A stretch of 61,636 nt of DNA, the filler included. It is 5 parts of 5 records of this genome, joined end to end, with 100 filler letters (N's around TTAATTAATTAA, not from the genome) between each part and the next. Parts side by side here need not be neighbours in the genome. Positions count along the whole stretch, not along the records: positions 5,137 to 21,488 come from DRR378314_2652; positions 21,589 to 30,350 come from DRR378314_2658; 3 more parts are not named here. One strand, given 5' to 3'. The notes beneath the pieces are model-generated. The model did not search any database. It saw only the letters and a program-made list of their open reading frames with translations, and was not told the DNA's origin. This document shows positions 11,419-23,064 of this stretch, one piece after another; the first letter of the stretch is position 1; every line of letters begins with the position of its first letter. Made by a program: the position numbers and the translations under genes.

Positions 11419-12123
11419 ATGACCGTCCATATCGGTGCCGCCCCCGGCGAAATTGCCCAGACCGTTCTGATGCCCGGCGATCCCTATCGCGCAAAATGGG
11501 CCGCCGAGACGTTTCTGAAAGACGCCAAACTGGTGAATGAAGTGCGCGGAATGCTGGGGTTTACCGGCACATGGAACGGCAATCCAGTGACCATTCAAGG
11601 CTCCGGTATGGGCATGCCTTCGCTGTCGATTTACGCCAATGAATTGATCAGCGAATACGATGTGCAAACGCTTATTCGCATCGGGTCCTGCGGTGGGATG
11701 CAGCCCCATGTGGGCATTCGCGATGTCATTGTCGCCATGACAGCCAGCACAATCACTTCACCCTCCTCTGGTATTTTCCGCGAACTTAACTTCGCGCCCA
11801 CGGCGGATTGGTCGCTATTGCGCGCAGCTGTTGCAGTTGCTGAGGCGCGGGGCACTAAAACCCATGTCGGCGGCATCTATTCATCGGATGTATTTTACGC
11901 CGAACGCAAAGATCTGGACGAACAGATGGTGCGCCACGGTATTCTGGGCGTCGAAATGGAAGCGGCAGAGCTTTACACGCTGGCGGCTCGCTATGGCCGG
12001 CGCGCATTGGCGGTGCTTACAGTATCGGACCATTTGCAAACCGGCGAGGCGCTGCCGTCAGAGGATCGCGAAAAGACCTTTGGCGATATGGTTGAAATCG
12101 CGCTTGAGGCTGCTTTTTCCTGA
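11419..12123 (+). CDS. deoD: Purine nucleoside phosphorylase
   Basis: [35 protein letters not shown]. Confidence 0.95.
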   Translation: MTVHIGAAPGEIAQTVLMPGDPYRAKWAAETFLKDAKLVNEVRGMLGFTGTWNGNPVTIQGSGMGMPSLSIYANELISEYDVQTLIRIGSCGGMQPHVGIRDVIVAMTASTITSPSSGIFRELNFAPTADWSLLRAAVAVAEARGTKTHVGGIYSSDVFYAERKDLDEQMVRHGILGVEMEAAELYTLAARYGRRALAVLTVSDHLQTGEALPSEDREKTFGDMVEIALEAAFS

Positions 12124-12126
12124 GGT

Positions 12127-12975
12127 TCAAAGCCCGTGCGTGCGATCATAGCCATTCACATGATTGTCCGCGCGGGCTTTTAAGACGTCCAATTCCGGGG
12201 CAAATACCTCAACCAGCAGCGGGTAACAGCGGGCCACATCCGATGAATGCTCTGCCGAGCAATCCCCACCGGGACAGGCGCTAAGCGCGCCCAGCAAATC
12301 AATCTCTGCAAAGAACTCAAGATAATCACCCGGGCGCACGGGGCTGGCTTTCATAAAGTATTGGCCGGTATCGCGGGTAAAGCCTGTGCACATAAAGACA
12401 TTTAACACATCGTGCACATGTGGCTCCGCTTCTGCCAATGGCACATCCAGATGTGCCGCCAAGGCGCGGGTCAAATTGGAATGACAGCAATGGTGATATT
12501 GTCCGCCTTTCAACAAATGATGCGTATAGGGATCACAGCGGGTGCCGATCACATCATGCACAGAGCCGCCAAATGCGTCGATGCCATACCAATCCAGCGT
12601 ATCACGGGTAATCGTGGCCATGGGACGCAGATGCGGGAAGCTCGACCACATCTGTTGGCCCGTGGTGATATGGGTGCCATGCAGCGCACGGGTTTTGCCG
12701 GAATAGAACTTTTCGCTCAGATCCTTGGCGTTCCACAAGTTTAAGTCACCCACCTGCGCCCCCTCAACAGAGGATATCCGAAAGAAATGGCCCGCAGGCA
12801 CGGTGAAGGTGCTTGCATCCCGTGGCGGCACTAGCACCTCATCCGTTTTGCGTAATTTGGCGCGGGCTTGGGCATAAAGCGCCATGTCGGACTGTGGCAA
12901 TGTCTCTACCGGATAGCAGATCACCGGCTGGATAGCGCGGCGTACCTCGGCGTCTGACGGGGTGTTTTCTGTCAT
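12127..12975 (-). CDS. DUF1989 / urea-carboxylase-associated family protein
   Basis: EGAQVGDLNLWN, HDVIGTRCDP, CCHSNL, LNVFM, LSACPGGD. Confidence 0.8.
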   Translation of the reverse strand: MTENTPSDAEVRRAIQPVICYPVETLPQSDMALYAQARAKLRKTDEVLVPPRDASTFTVPAGHFFRISSVEGAQVGDLNLWNAKDLSEKFYSGKTRALHGTHITTGQQMWSSFPHLRPMATITRDTLDWYGIDAFGGSVHDVIGTRCDPYTHHLLKGGQYHHCCHSNLTRALAAHLDVPLAEAEPHVHDVLNVFMCTGFTRDTGQYFMKASPVRPGDYLEFFAEIDLLGALSACPGGDCSAEHSSDVARCYPLLVEVFAPELDVLKARADNHVNGYDRTHGL

Positions 12976-14618
12976 GCGTTTTGTCCTGCAATGCGGCCCG
13001 AGAACAGGCAGCCGCCCAAAAATGTGCCTTCCAGCGCGTTATACCCGTGATACCCGCCACCACCGAAGCCACAGACCTCTCCCGCAGCATAAAGCCCGGG
13101 CATCACTGTCCCGTCAGGCGTTAAAACACGGCCCTCGATATCCGTATGTAGCCCGCCAAGGGATTTGCGCGTCAGGATGTTCAGACGCACGGCAATCAGC
13201 GGACCATTTTCACCCTCAAGGATCGCATGCGGTTTGGCCGTGCGGATCAGCTTGTCCCCACGGAATGCACGGGCCCCGCGAATGGCGGTGATCTGGGCGT
13301 CTTTACTGAAAGGGTTGGCCAGCTGCGCATCGCGGCTGGCAATCTGTCGCCGCAACCCTTCCAGCTCAAGCGGGTGATCTGGTGTCAGCCGGTTCATCCC
13401 CGCGACAAGGGTCTCCAGATCATCAGCAACAACAAAATCCGCACCTTTGTTTTTGAAGGCCTCTACGGCCGGTGTCGCCCCGGCACCAACCCGCGCCTTC
13501 AGCACGTCCATCCAGCCGCCATCGGTCAGATCGGGGTTTTGTTCTGACCCGGACAGGGCAAATTCCTTTTCAATGATCTTTTGCGTCAGGATGAACCACG
13601 AATGCTCGCCCGCCTGCAGGATACGTTTAAGCGTGCCCAAAGTATCAAAGCCCGGCAGGAACGGGGCTTCCATGCGCTGGCCCTTGGCGTCAAACCACAT
13701 CGAGGACGGACCGGGCAGGATGCGGATGCCGTGGTTCGGCCAGATCGGGTTCCAGTTCTGCACCCCTTCGCAATAATGCCACATGCGGTCTTCGTTGATC
13801 AGCCCCGCACCCGCCGCTTTGGCAATGCCATGCATCTTGCCATCCACGTAATCGGGCACACCGGCCACCATGACCTTGGGCGGTTTGCCCAGTCGGGCCT
13901 CTGGCCAGTGTTTGCGGACAAGCGCATGATCACCGCCAATGCCGCCGGTGGTCAGAACCACGGCATCGGCGTGATGTTCAAAACTGCCTGTTACCTCGCG
14001 CGAGGTGCTTTGCCCCCGGGCCGCTGTTGAGTTTTCCAATACGTCACCGCGCACACCCGTCACGGCACCATCTGTAGTGATCAATCCTGTGACCCGATGG
14101 CGAAAAGCCAGTTTCAGCTTTCCGGCGGCGGCATATTCGGTCATCCGTTTGACAAAAGGGGCAACAACCCCGGTGCCGGTGCCCCATGTGATGTGAAACC
14201 GTGGCACCGAATTGCCGTGCCCATGCGCCTGCGCCCCGCCCCGTTCGGCCCAGCCGACAACGGGAAACCAGCGCATCCCCAAATCAAAACACCATTGACG
14301 CATCGGGCCTGCCGCCCATTCAACAAAGCGTTCGGCATAAAGGCGCGGATTGGCATCTTCAGGACGGTCAAACTGCGCCGACCCCATCCAGTCATTCAAG
14401 GCCAGTTCAGGGCTGTCCTTGATCCCCATACGCCGTTGTTCGGGGGTGTCGACCATGAACAAACCGCCCAAGGACCAAAACGCTTGTCCGCCAAGGGATT
14501 GCGGCGCTTCCTGATCCAGCATCAGAACGCTGCGCCCGCGCAGGATCGCCTCATGGGCCGCAACCATGCCAGCAAGGCCTGCGCCTACAATGATGACGTC
14601 CGTTTGAGTATTATCCAT
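12972..14618 (-). CDS. FAD-binding dehydrogenase (KsdD/fumarate-reductase-flavoprotein-like)
   Basis: VGAGLAG dinucleotide motif, GGQAFWSLGGLF, GLYAAGE, LEGTFLGGC; start taken at MDNTQ after GGGGAG. Confidence 0.85.
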   Translation of the reverse strand: MDNTQTDVIIVGAGLAGMVAAHEAILRGRSVLMLDQEAPQSLGGQAFWSLGGLFMVDTPEQRRMGIKDSPELALNDWMGSAQFDRPEDANPRLYAERFVEWAAGPMRQWCFDLGMRWFPVVGWAERGGAQAHGHGNSVPRFHITWGTGTGVVAPFVKRMTEYAAAGKLKLAFRHRVTGLITTDGAVTGVRGDVLENSTAARGQSTSREVTGSFEHHADAVVLTTGGIGGDHALVRKHWPEARLGKPPKVMVAGVPDYVDGKMHGIAKAAGAGLINEDRMWHYCEGVQNWNPIWPNHGIRILPGPSSMWFDAKGQRMEAPFLPGFDTLGTLKRILQAGEHSWFILTQKIIEKEFALSGSEQNPDLTDGGWMDVLKARVGAGATPAVEAFKNKGADFVVADDLETLVAGMNRLTPDHPLELEGLRRQIASRDAQLANPFSKDAQITAIRGARAFRGDKLIRTAKPHAILEGENGPLIAVRLNILTRKSLGGLHTDIEGRVLTPDGTVMPGLYAAGEVCGFGGGGYHGYNALEGTFLGGCLFSGRIAGQNA

Positions 14619-14682
14619 GCGCTCTCCCCGCTTTGGTCGAGGATAATGCCGATCCGCGCCGCTTGTCGAGAAAGACGCGGTG

Positions 14683-14925
14683 TCACGCCTCGGGTTTGCC
14701 GGACTGGGCCAAACACTGACGGGGCACCCCATCACTGCAGGCGGTTTCCTGACCACAGGTGATACAGTTGTAACGGATCAAGCCACCGGAGCTTTCGCGC
14801 GTGGTCTGACGCCACCGACAGCGGCGGCGGTCCTTGTTACGGTTGGCGTATATCGCCACCGCAATTACGACAATTATCAGGAATGGAAGGAAAAACACCG
14901 GCAGCCTTACTGGCGGTTCCGGCAA
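14683..14925 (-). CDS. Small membrane-anchored Cys-rich hypothetical protein
   Basis: One TM segment followed by CRW...CITC...C...C; fills the gap between sdhB and the next gene on the same strand. Confidence 0.55.
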   Translation of the reverse strand: MPEPPVRLPVFFLPFLIIVVIAVAIYANRNKDRRRCRWRQTTRESSGGLIRYNCITCGQETACSDGVPRQCLAQSGKPEA

Positions 14926-14970
14926 TCACCGCACAACTGCGGGGCTGCCGGACCCTTTGGTGTGGTCAGG

Positions 14971-15750
14971 TCAAACGGTGCGTTCAACCATCAGTTTCTT
15001 GATCTTGGAAATGGCCAATGCCGGGTTCAACCCCTTTGGACACGTCTTGGCGCAGTTCATGATCGTGTGGCATCGGTACAGCTTGAACGGATCCTCAAGC
15101 TCGTCCAGCCGCTCGCCTGTTGCCTCATCCCGGCTGTCAATGATCCAGCGATAGGCGTGCAGCAACGCCGCTGGCCCAAGGTAGCGGTCGCCGTTCCACC
15201 AGTAGCTGGGGCAGGATGTCGAACAGCAGGCACACATGATGCACTCGTAAAGACCGTCCAGCTTGGCGCGGTCATCCACCGACTGCTTCCATTCTTTCAC
15301 AGGTGCGGGTGTTTCGGTTTCAAGCCACGGCTGGATGCTGGCGTGCTGAGCATAGAAATGTGTCAGGTCGGGGATCAAATCCTTGACCACTGGCATATGC
15401 GGCAGCGGGTAAATCTTGACCGCGCCTTTCACTTCTTCAACGCCATAAGTACAGGCCAGCGTGTTGATGCCGTCAATGTTCATAGCACAGGATCCGCAAA
15501 TCCCCTCACGGCAGGAACGACGGAAGGTCAGGGTTGGATCGATTTCGTTCTTGATCTTGATCAGCGCGTCCAAAATCATCGGGCCGCAGGTGTCCATATC
15601 GACGAAATATGTATCAACCGCCGGGTTTTTGCCGTCATCGGGGTTCCAACGATAGATGTGGAATTCCCTGACATTCGTCGCGCCGGACGGTTTGGGCCAA
15701 GTCTTGCCACTTGTCATCCGCGAGTTCTTGGGGAGTGTCAGCTGAACCAT
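14971..15750 (-). CDS. sdhB: Succinate dehydrogenase iron-sulfur subunit
   Basis: [34 protein letters not shown]. Confidence 0.98.
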   Translation of the reverse strand: MVQLTLPKNSRMTSGKTWPKPSGATNVREFHIYRWNPDDGKNPAVDTYFVDMDTCGPMILDALIKIKNEIDPTLTFRRSCREGICGSCAMNIDGINTLACTYGVEEVKGAVKIYPLPHMPVVKDLIPDLTHFYAQHASIQPWLETETPAPVKEWKQSVDDRAKLDGLYECIMCACCSTSCPSYWWNGDRYLGPAALLHAYRWIIDSRDEATGERLDELEDPFKLYRCHTIMNCAKTCPKGLNPALAISKIKKLMVERTV

Positions 15751-15818
15751 GTCGCGTCTCCATCTTTCTGGGCAGGCTTGCCCGTTTCATTCGTTTTGCC
15801 ACCTGCGGCAGCGATTAT

Positions 15819-16628
15819 TCAGGCCGCGTCCTTGCGGACAAACAGCGTATTCTGTTCGGCTTGAAGGGTGGCTTCAAAGCCAAGCCCCTTGATCTGCGCC
15901 ACCAGATCAACATCCCATTCATCCGCATGGGCCGTCTCAACAAGCATCACATCCGGCAACCATCCGGCCGCATCCAGAAGCGGACCAAGCGCCGCCACCT
16001 CTGCACCTTCAACATCGATCTTCAGCACGGAAACATCATAGTTTTCCGCACCATGGATGAAATCCAGCAAGGGGCGCACCGGCACCAATGTCGCCCCATC
16101 CTGCCCCGCCTTGATCGGCATCAGCGATGCCTGCCCAAAGTTGCGTTCGCGAAAGTTCAGCATTGCCTCGCCGTCCTCACTGCCCAGCGCGCAACCTTCA
16201 ATCCGCACAACCGTGCCTAGGTTGTTCAACCGCACATTATGGCCCAAACGGCCAATCATCGTAGGGTTAGGTTCAAAGGCGATGACACGGCTGTCCGGCC
16301 CTGCGGCAAAGGCCAGCGGGATGGTATAAGCCCCGGAGTTCGCACCGATATCCAGCACAAAGGCGTTTCGCCCTTCGACAACTTCAGTCAGTGCCATCAA
16401 CGATTTCACCTCTGGCGGGTGGCCGTCACGCCAGATCATCCTGTCGGTGAAATTGTCGCGCGGATCCACATACATGCGCATACCGGCAAATTCGATTTCC
16501 TCGGGCGGCAGGATCGGCACCAGTTTTCGACGGGTGGGGCGGTCCGCCGCGCGGAATACAGAACGCAACCGTTCTGACAGCAGGGCCGCCTCTGTCGGGT
16601 TGGGGGTGGGATTGTGCTTTGTGTTCAT
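15819..16628 (-). CDS. FkbM-family SAM-dependent methyltransferase
   Basis: LDIGANSG, AFEPNP, LKIDVEGAE. Confidence 0.88.
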   Translation of the reverse strand: MNTKHNPTPNPTEAALLSERLRSVFRAADRPTRRKLVPILPPEEIEFAGMRMYVDPRDNFTDRMIWRDGHPPEVKSLMALTEVVEGRNAFVLDIGANSGAYTIPLAFAAGPDSRVIAFEPNPTMIGRLGHNVRLNNLGTVVRIEGCALGSEDGEAMLNFRERNFGQASLMPIKAGQDGATLVPVRPLLDFIHGAENYDVSVLKIDVEGAEVAALGPLLDAAGWLPDVMLVETAHADEWDVDLVAQIKGLGFEATLQAEQNTLFVRKDAA

Positions 16629-16630
16629 GA

Positions 16631-16957
16631 TCAAATGATACCGCTGCTGAGCGCGGAGGTTTGCAGGCATTGCACCGTTTCAGGGCGTGACAAGACCGTG
16701 CGCACCGTTGCAACCGTCTGGTCATCTACGCCCAGCACCGCCGCTTTAGCAAAATCGCGAATTTCCAAGGCAGAGGAATTGTCGATGATGCAATCGGTAA
16801 ACGGTGTGATCAATTCCTTGGGGACCTGAGGAAAGCGGGTCGCAAGGGTTTCGGTCACCACCCCTTTGGCCCCCTGCCGCGCAGTTGTATCCACCGCCTG
16901 CTGCACAGGGGCACAGGCAGTCAGAAACAACACCACTATGGCTGCAAATGCCCTCAT
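16631..16957 (-). CDS. Small lipoprotein, hypothetical
   Basis: MRAFAAIVVLFLTAC lipobox; two further Cys. Confidence 0.7.
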   Translation of the reverse strand: MRAFAAIVVLFLTACAPVQQAVDTTARQGAKGVVTETLATRFPQVPKELITPFTDCIIDNSSALEIRDFAKAAVLGVDDQTVATVRTVLSRPETVQCLQTSALSSGII

Positions 16958-16972
16958 GTCACTGCACAACCA

Positions 16973-17269
16973 TCAGTCGATTGGTCTGCCGTCGACACAG
17001 TAAAGCGTGCCACGGTACATGCCGTTGAACTTTGGCGGACAGCCGGGCACGGTATACCGCACGGTGCTGCGCACCCGCTTGGGTTGGCTGCCGTTGCTGC
17101 GATCCTTTGGGTAATATTGCTTTGTCGGGCGCACCGCCACTTCGCCAACATAGCCTTTGGCCCCGACATAAGCGTCGCTATGACCGTCGGCCTGCACCGC
17201 CATTGGCAAAGCCGAAGCCAGTGCGACAACCGCCGCCAGCGTCTGTGTTTTCAACAAAATCCCCATCAA
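16973..17269 (-). CDS. Small secreted hypothetical protein
   Basis: Signal peptide ending AVQA; 4-bp overlap with the sdhA stop; C-terminal Cys pair. Confidence 0.65.
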   Translation of the reverse strand: MMGILLKTQTLAAVVALASALPMAVQADGHSDAYVGAKGYVGEVAVRPTKQYYPKDRSNGSQPKRVRSTVRYTVPGCPPKFNGMYRGTLYCVDGRPID

Positions 17270-19071
17270 TAGACCCTCGCTTTTGGCGCGATCTTTTTCA
17301 GGTCGATCCCGCCCTCTTTTTCCTGCGTCAATGGCTTGAGCTGAACACCGCGATAGCCAAGTGTCGCATCATTGCCGTCGAACCACGTCAGGGAATGCTT
17401 GCGCCAGTTCTTATCGTCGCGATCCGGGTAATCCTCATGGGCATGCGCCCCACGGCTTTCCTTACGTGCAGCAGCGGCGGTGATTGTCGCCGTTGCGTTC
17501 GGCATTAGATTGGTCAGCTCAAGCGTTTCCATCAGATCAGAATTCCAAACCAACGATTTGTCCGTGACATGCAGGTCGTTCAGCTTGGCTGCGACACCCT
17601 TCATCTTCTCTTCACCCTCGGCCAGCGTCTTGTCAGTACGGAAAACAGCGGCGTCGGCCTGCATGGTTTTCTGCATCTCAAGGCGCAGGTCTGCTGTCGG
17701 GATCTGACCCTTGGCGTAGCGCAGCCCGTCAAACCGATCAAACGCCGCTTCAACCGAGGCTTTGTTCGGCGTTGGCACCGCGGTTTTCGGGTCGACGATT
17801 TCCGCCGCGCGGATCGCAGCGGCACGGCCAAATACCACAAGGTCGATCAAGCTGTTGGAGCCTAGGCGGTTCGCCCCATGTACAGAGGCACAACCGGCCT
17901 CGCCCACGGCCATCAGGCCCGGTGAAACCCTGTCCGGGTCATCATCCGTCGGGGCCAGAACCTCGCCCCAATAGTTGGTTGGGATGCCGCCCATGTTGTA
18001 GTGAACAGTCGGCAGTACAGGAATTGGTTCCTTGGTCAGGTCGACACCCGCAAAGATACGCGCGCTTTCCGAAATGCCCGGTAGGCGCAGGTCAAGCGTT
18101 TCCGGCGGCAAGTGGTTCAGGTGCAAGTGGATGTGGTCCTTGTTCTCGCCCACACCGCGCCCTTCGCGGATTTCCATTGTCATACAGCGGCTTACCACAT
18201 CACGTGACGCCAGATCTTTATAGGTCGGCGCATAGCGCTCCATGAACCTCTCACCTTCGGAGTTGGTGAGGTACCCGCCCTCGCCCCGTGCCCCTTCGGT
18301 GATCAGACAGCCGGCACCGTAAATCCCGGTAGGGTGGAATTGCACAAATTCCATATCCTGCAATGGCAGCCCCGCCCGTGCGGTCATGCCGCCGCCGTCG
18401 CCGGTGCAGGTATGCGCAGAAGTGGCCGAGAAATAAGCGCGACCATAACCGCCCGTGGCCAGCACAACCATCTTGGCGCTGAACAGGTGCATGGTGCCGT
18501 CATCCAGTTTCCAGCACAGAACGCCCTGACAGACGCCATCGTCGGACATGATCAGATCAATGGCGAAATATTCGATGTAGAATTCCGCGTTGTTCTTCAA
18601 CGACTGGCCGTAAAGCGTGTGCAGAATGGCGTGACCGGTGCGATCCGCCGCGGCACAGGTGCGTTGCACCGGCGGGCCTTCGCCAAATTCGGTAGTGTGA
18701 CCACCAAAGGGGCGCTGGTAAATCTTGCCCTCCTCGGTGCGCGAAAATGGCACGCCGTAATGCTCAAGCTCGTAAACTGCCTTGGGGGCCTCGCGCGCCA
18801 GATACTCCATCGCATCCGTGTCACCCAACCAGTCCGACCCTTTGACCGTGTCATACATATGCCACTGCCAGTTATCGGGGCCCATGTTGGACAGCGAGGC
18901 GGCGATGCCACCCTGTGCCGCAACAGTGTGAGAGCGGGTCGGGAATACTTTGGACACACAGGCGGTACGCAACCCCTGCTCTGCCATCCCCAATGTTGCG
19001 CGCAGGCCAGCCCCGCCAGCGCCCACAACAACCACGTCATATTCGTGGGTTTCATACTCATATGCGGCCAT
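17266..19071 (-). CDS. sdhA: Succinate dehydrogenase flavoprotein
   Basis: [16 protein letters not shown] covalent-FAD motif, [16 protein letters not shown]. Confidence 0.98.
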   Translation of the reverse strand: MAAYEYETHEYDVVVVGAGGAGLRATLGMAEQGLRTACVSKVFPTRSHTVAAQGGIAASLSNMGPDNWQWHMYDTVKGSDWLGDTDAMEYLAREAPKAVYELEHYGVPFSRTEEGKIYQRPFGGHTTEFGEGPPVQRTCAAADRTGHAILHTLYGQSLKNNAEFYIEYFAIDLIMSDDGVCQGVLCWKLDDGTMHLFSAKMVVLATGGYGRAYFSATSAHTCTGDGGGMTARAGLPLQDMEFVQFHPTGIYGAGCLITEGARGEGGYLTNSEGERFMERYAPTYKDLASRDVVSRCMTMEIREGRGVGENKDHIHLHLNHLPPETLDLRLPGISESARIFAGVDLTKEPIPVLPTVHYNMGGIPTNYWGEVLAPTDDDPDRVSPGLMAVGEAGCASVHGANRLGSNSLIDLVVFGRAAAIRAAEIVDPKTAVPTPNKASVEAAFDRFDGLRYAKGQIPTADLRLEMQKTMQADAAVFRTDKTLAEGEEKMKGVAAKLNDLHVTDKSLVWNSDLMETLELTNLMPNATATITAAAARKESRGAHAHEDYPDRDDKNWRKHSLTWFDGNDATLGYRGVQLKPLTQEKEGGIDLKKIAPKARVY

Positions 19072-19112
19072 ATCGGTCTTCCTTCGGGAAATAGTTGGTC
19101 AGTGCGCCAGAA

Positions 19113-19484
19113 TTACAATGCCAGTCGGGCAATGGCGAAGATGCCAACCGCCGCTGCGCCGTAACTGAGGCAGGTCACCAGAATAAGCGCGACTTTCTGT
19201 GCGGTCCCATGCACATAGTCTTCGATCATGGTCTGCGCACCGTCGTTGAAATGCTTGAATCCAACAGCCAGCGTCAGCGCCGCGATGATCGCGGGTGCCG
19301 GGCGGCTGTAATAGGCGATGATTTCCTCATAGGTGCCGCCAAGGGCCGCGCCAAAGGTAAAGACGAACAGCGGGATCAGGATCAGCAATGCCACCGCGCT
19401 GACCTTCATCGACCAGAAATGTGCGGTGCCGGTCTTTGCAGAACCAAGTCCTTGGGCGCGTTTACGATCTGTCAAATATGCCAT
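19113..19484 (-). CDS. sdhD: Succinate dehydrogenase membrane anchor
   Basis: GLGSAKTGTAHFW, IEDYVH; position in the operon. Confidence 0.95.
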   Translation of the reverse strand: MAYLTDRKRAQGLGSAKTGTAHFWSMKVSAVALLILIPLFVFTFGAALGGTYEEIIAYYSRPAPAIIAALTLAVGFKHFNDGAQTMIEDYVHGTAQKVALILVTCLSYGAAAVGIFAIARLAL

Positions 19485-19496
19485 GTGAATGCTCCC

Positions 19497-19880
19497 TTAC
19501 ACGATCGATGCAGTGAGGATGGTCAAGATGACCGATCCACCAAGACAGGCCCAGCCCAGCTTTTCCGCTGTTGGGATATCCATCGCATGACCGTTGTCCC
19601 AGATCAGGTGCCGGATCCCGGCCAACGTGTGATACCACAGGCCCAGCAGTGAAAAGAACATCACCAGATCGCCAAACCAGCTGGTCACAAAGCCGTTTGC
19701 GATTGCGAAATATTCGGGTGAACTGGCTGCGGCCAGAAACCACCAAACGATCATCAGGGCGGCGACCAGCATCGCGTTGCCCGTGATCCGCGTCAGGATC
19801 GAGGTCATCGAAGTAAGTTGCGGACGGTAAATCGTCAGATGTGGCGACAGGGGACGATTGCCCCGGTTTACATCGGCCAT
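19497..19880 (-). CDS. sdhC: Succinate dehydrogenase cytochrome b556 subunit
   Basis: RPLSPHLTIY, HTLAGIRHLIWD. Confidence 0.96.
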   Translation of the reverse strand: MADVNRGNRPLSPHLTIYRPQLTSMTSILTRITGNAMLVAALMIVWWFLAAASSPEYFAIANGFVTSWFGDLVMFFSLLGLWYHTLAGIRHLIWDNGHAMDIPTAEKLGWACLGGSVILTILTASIV

Positions 19881-20019
19881 GGCACAGGTCCTTTAAGGTG
19901 GCTACAGAAAGAGTGGCTGTATATTTTCATTCATTGCAATAACTCATAGCGGTTTTTGCAGCAGTGTCACGGGGGTCGATGCATTTGGCCCGGTGTTTCG
20001 CTGACAATTCTGCGCAAAA

Positions 20020-20757
20020 TCAGGGCAATATCCGTTGGGAACCGCGTTTGTGATCACAGCCGAAAGAAGTGTGATCACATTTATCGGGAGGGACCAACCG
20101 ACTCAGTTGTTTCGTGGTTTCACGTTGCAGCTTGCGCCGAATTTGCGCTGGGTAGTCCATGAACCCATTGGCGCTGACGACAAAGGCCCCTTCACCTTCG
20201 ATCAGGTTTTCAAAGAAATAGGCGGTCAGATCTCCCCCCTCCTCTTCAATCGCCAAGGCGTTGACGGTGATCCCGGCCCGGCGCAGGGCTAAGCGCATGT
20301 CTTGCGGCGGCGGACCTTCGTTTGATCGCCCATCACCGGAAACATCGATGACCCTGCGGTCACATTGCATTTTGGTATCCAGCGTCTCGAAACTGGCAAG
20401 CGCCAGCGCCAAAGCCTCACCAATCGCCGTCGAGTAATTGCGCCACGGGCGCGGCACCGCCTCGATCATATCCGCCAAACGGAACACGTCATCCACGGTT
20501 GTTACCGGTGTCCAGGGCACCGATTGTTCCTGACGTGATGCGCCTGACCACTGGATCAGACTGATCTGTGCCTGTTGGTCAATCAAGGCGTCCACTACAA
20601 TGCCATCACGCAGGGCGGCGGCCAATCCATCCATCTGGATACGGTATTCCTGTTGGTCAACCGACCCTGACACATCCACAGCCAGCACCAATGCCAGCCC
20701 GCAGGCAAGCACAGGCGCGGGCATCATGGCCAGAAACAGAAACAACAGCAGAGGCAT
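20020..20757 (-). CDS. DUF1194 (vWA-like) secreted protein
   Basis: Signal peptide, LVLAVDVSGSVD MIDAS-like motif, VIDVSGDG. Confidence 0.85.
   Translation of the reverse strand: MPLLLFLFLAMMPAPVLACGLALVLAVDVSGSVDQQEYRIQMDGLAAALRDGIVVDALIDQQAQISLIQWSGASRQEQSVPWTPVTTVDDVFRLADMIEAVPRPWRNYSTAIGEALALALASFETLDTKMQCDRRVIDVSGDGRSNEGPPPQDMRLALRRAGITVNALAIEEEGGDLTAYFFENLIEGEGAFVVSANGFMDYPAQIRRKLQRETTKQLSRLVPPDKCDHTSFGCDHKRGSQRILP
20050..20078. promoter_or_regulatory. GTGATCAC-N13-GTGATCAC double palindrome upstream of sdhC (AkgR-type site)
   Basis: GTGATCAC at 20050-20057 and 20071-20078 with a 13-nt spacer, about 170 nt upstream of sdhC; matches my recollection of the Rhodobacter AkgR motif. Confidence 0.75.
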
Positions 20758-20843
20758 GGCGTAAGCTTAGGTCAGCTCGCCAGCCCGCGCACCTCTCTTT
20801 TCCGCGAGCGGGTGACGGGGGCGACCGTTCACAGCGCCCCGGC

Positions 20844-20875
20844 AAAAGAAAAACGCGCCCCGATGGGACGCGTTT
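20844..20875 (-). terminator. Rho-independent terminator after mdh
   Basis: Minus strand AAACGCGTCCC-ATCG-GGGCGCGTTT followed by TTCTTTT. Confidence 0.75.
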
Positions 20876-20899
20876 GGCAGTCATACATCTGACTATTGT

Positions 20900-21488
<589 letters not shown>

Positions 21489-21588
21489 NNNNNNNNNNNN
21501 NNNNNNNNNNNNNNNNNNNNNNNNNNNNNNNNTTAATTAATTAANNNNNNNNNNNNNNNNNNNNNNNNNNNNNNNNNNNNNNNNNNNN
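21489..21588. other. Artificial contig spacer
   Basis: 44 N + TTAATTAATTAA + 44 N. Confidence 0.97.
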
Positions 21589-22918
21589 CGTCCAGATCGT
21601 TGGTCGGCTCGTCGAGCACCAGCATATTGGAAGATCGCGCCATGAGTTTCGCCAACAGCAAACGCGCCTTTTCTCCCCCCGACAGGGAGCGGACGGGCGC
21701 GCGCACCTGACGCTCGTCGAACAGGAATTCCTTCAGATAGCCAACCACATGTTTGGGCTGGCCCCGCACCATGACCTGATCCGCCTTGCCGGAAATCCCC
21801 ATCAACGGATCGGCCGTCAGGTTTTCCCACAGGCTCGCATTGCCATCAAGCTGATCGCGGGTCTGATCGAACACCGCGACCTCCAGATTGGTGCCCAGCT
21901 TCACGCTGCCCTCGTCCGGTGTCTCTTCGCCCAGCAGCATCTTCAAAAGCGTGGTCTTACCCACCCCGTTGGGACCGACAAAGGCCACCCGATCGCCGCG
22001 CTGCACCGTAAGCGAGAAACCCGACAGGATCTGCTTGTCGCCAAAGCCTTTGCTCAGCCCCTCGGCCTCGATCACCTTGCGGCCGGATTTTGGTCCCGCC
22101 TCCAGATCCATCGCCGCCGCACCCTGCCGCTTGATCTGGCCGGCGCGTTCGGATTTCAGATCATGCAAGGCGCGCACCCGGCCCATGTTGCGCTTGCGGC
22201 GGGCAGAGATGCCCTCCACCGCCCAGCGGCTCTCGGATTTGATCAGCCGGTTGAGCTTGTGACGCTGCATGTCCTCCTCTTCCCAGATCTTGTCGCGCCA
22301 GGCCTCGAAATGCTCGAACCCCTTGTCCTGACGGCGCACCTGTCCCCGGTCGACCCAAAGCGTGGCGCGGGTCAGCGCCCGCAGGAATGCCCGGTCGTGG
22401 GAGATCAGCACAAAGGCGGCACGGGTCGAGGCCAGCTCGCTCTCCAGCCAAGAAATCGCTTCGATATCAAGGTGGTTGGTCGGCTCGTCCAGAAGCATCA
22501 GCTCCGGTGCTTCGGCCATCAGCTTGGCCAGCGCGGCGCGACGCCGCTCGCCGCCGGATGCGGTCTCGACCGGCCTTGCGGGGTCAAACTTCAGCCCCTC
22601 GCCAGCGCGCTCAACACGGTACAGCTCCCCCGGTTCCAGCTCGGAGGCGGCAAAATCGCCCAACGTGGCAAAGCCTTCCATCTTGGGGTCCTGTTCCATG
22701 TAGCCGACGGAATTGCCCGGCGGGATCACGATGGAGCCGGCGTCCGCCTCCACCAGGTCCGCCATGACCTTCATCAGGGTCGATTTACCGGAGCCATTGC
22801 GCCCGACAAGCGCCACCCGGTCTCCGGGTTGCACCACGAGATCGAGATCGGAAAAGATCGGATCACCGCCGAAGGTCAGCGAGATACCGGACATCTGCAA
22901 AAGAGGAATACGTGCCAT
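21589..22918 (-). CDS. ABC-F family ATPase (Uup-like, 3'-truncated)
   Basis: Two ABC cassettes (GRNGSGKS, LLDEPTNHLD; GPNGVGKT, LSGGE, LDEPTNDLD), no TM segments. Confidence 0.92.
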
Positions 22919-23064
22919 GACAGCGAGCTAAACCGCGCCGCAGGCTTCGTCAACGGGCCATGCGCGCTCGCGGGCAACGCGCGGTGCCAGAACCGACGAG
23001 CTCAGCAAGAAGCCCGCCTCCCGATGACAACAATCCGGGCAAGGGAGGCCGGCGCCCGTCCAGC

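Noticed and set aside
14680-15864. 394-aa plus-strand ORF
   Set aside because: Antisense shadow of sdhB with no recognisable motifs.
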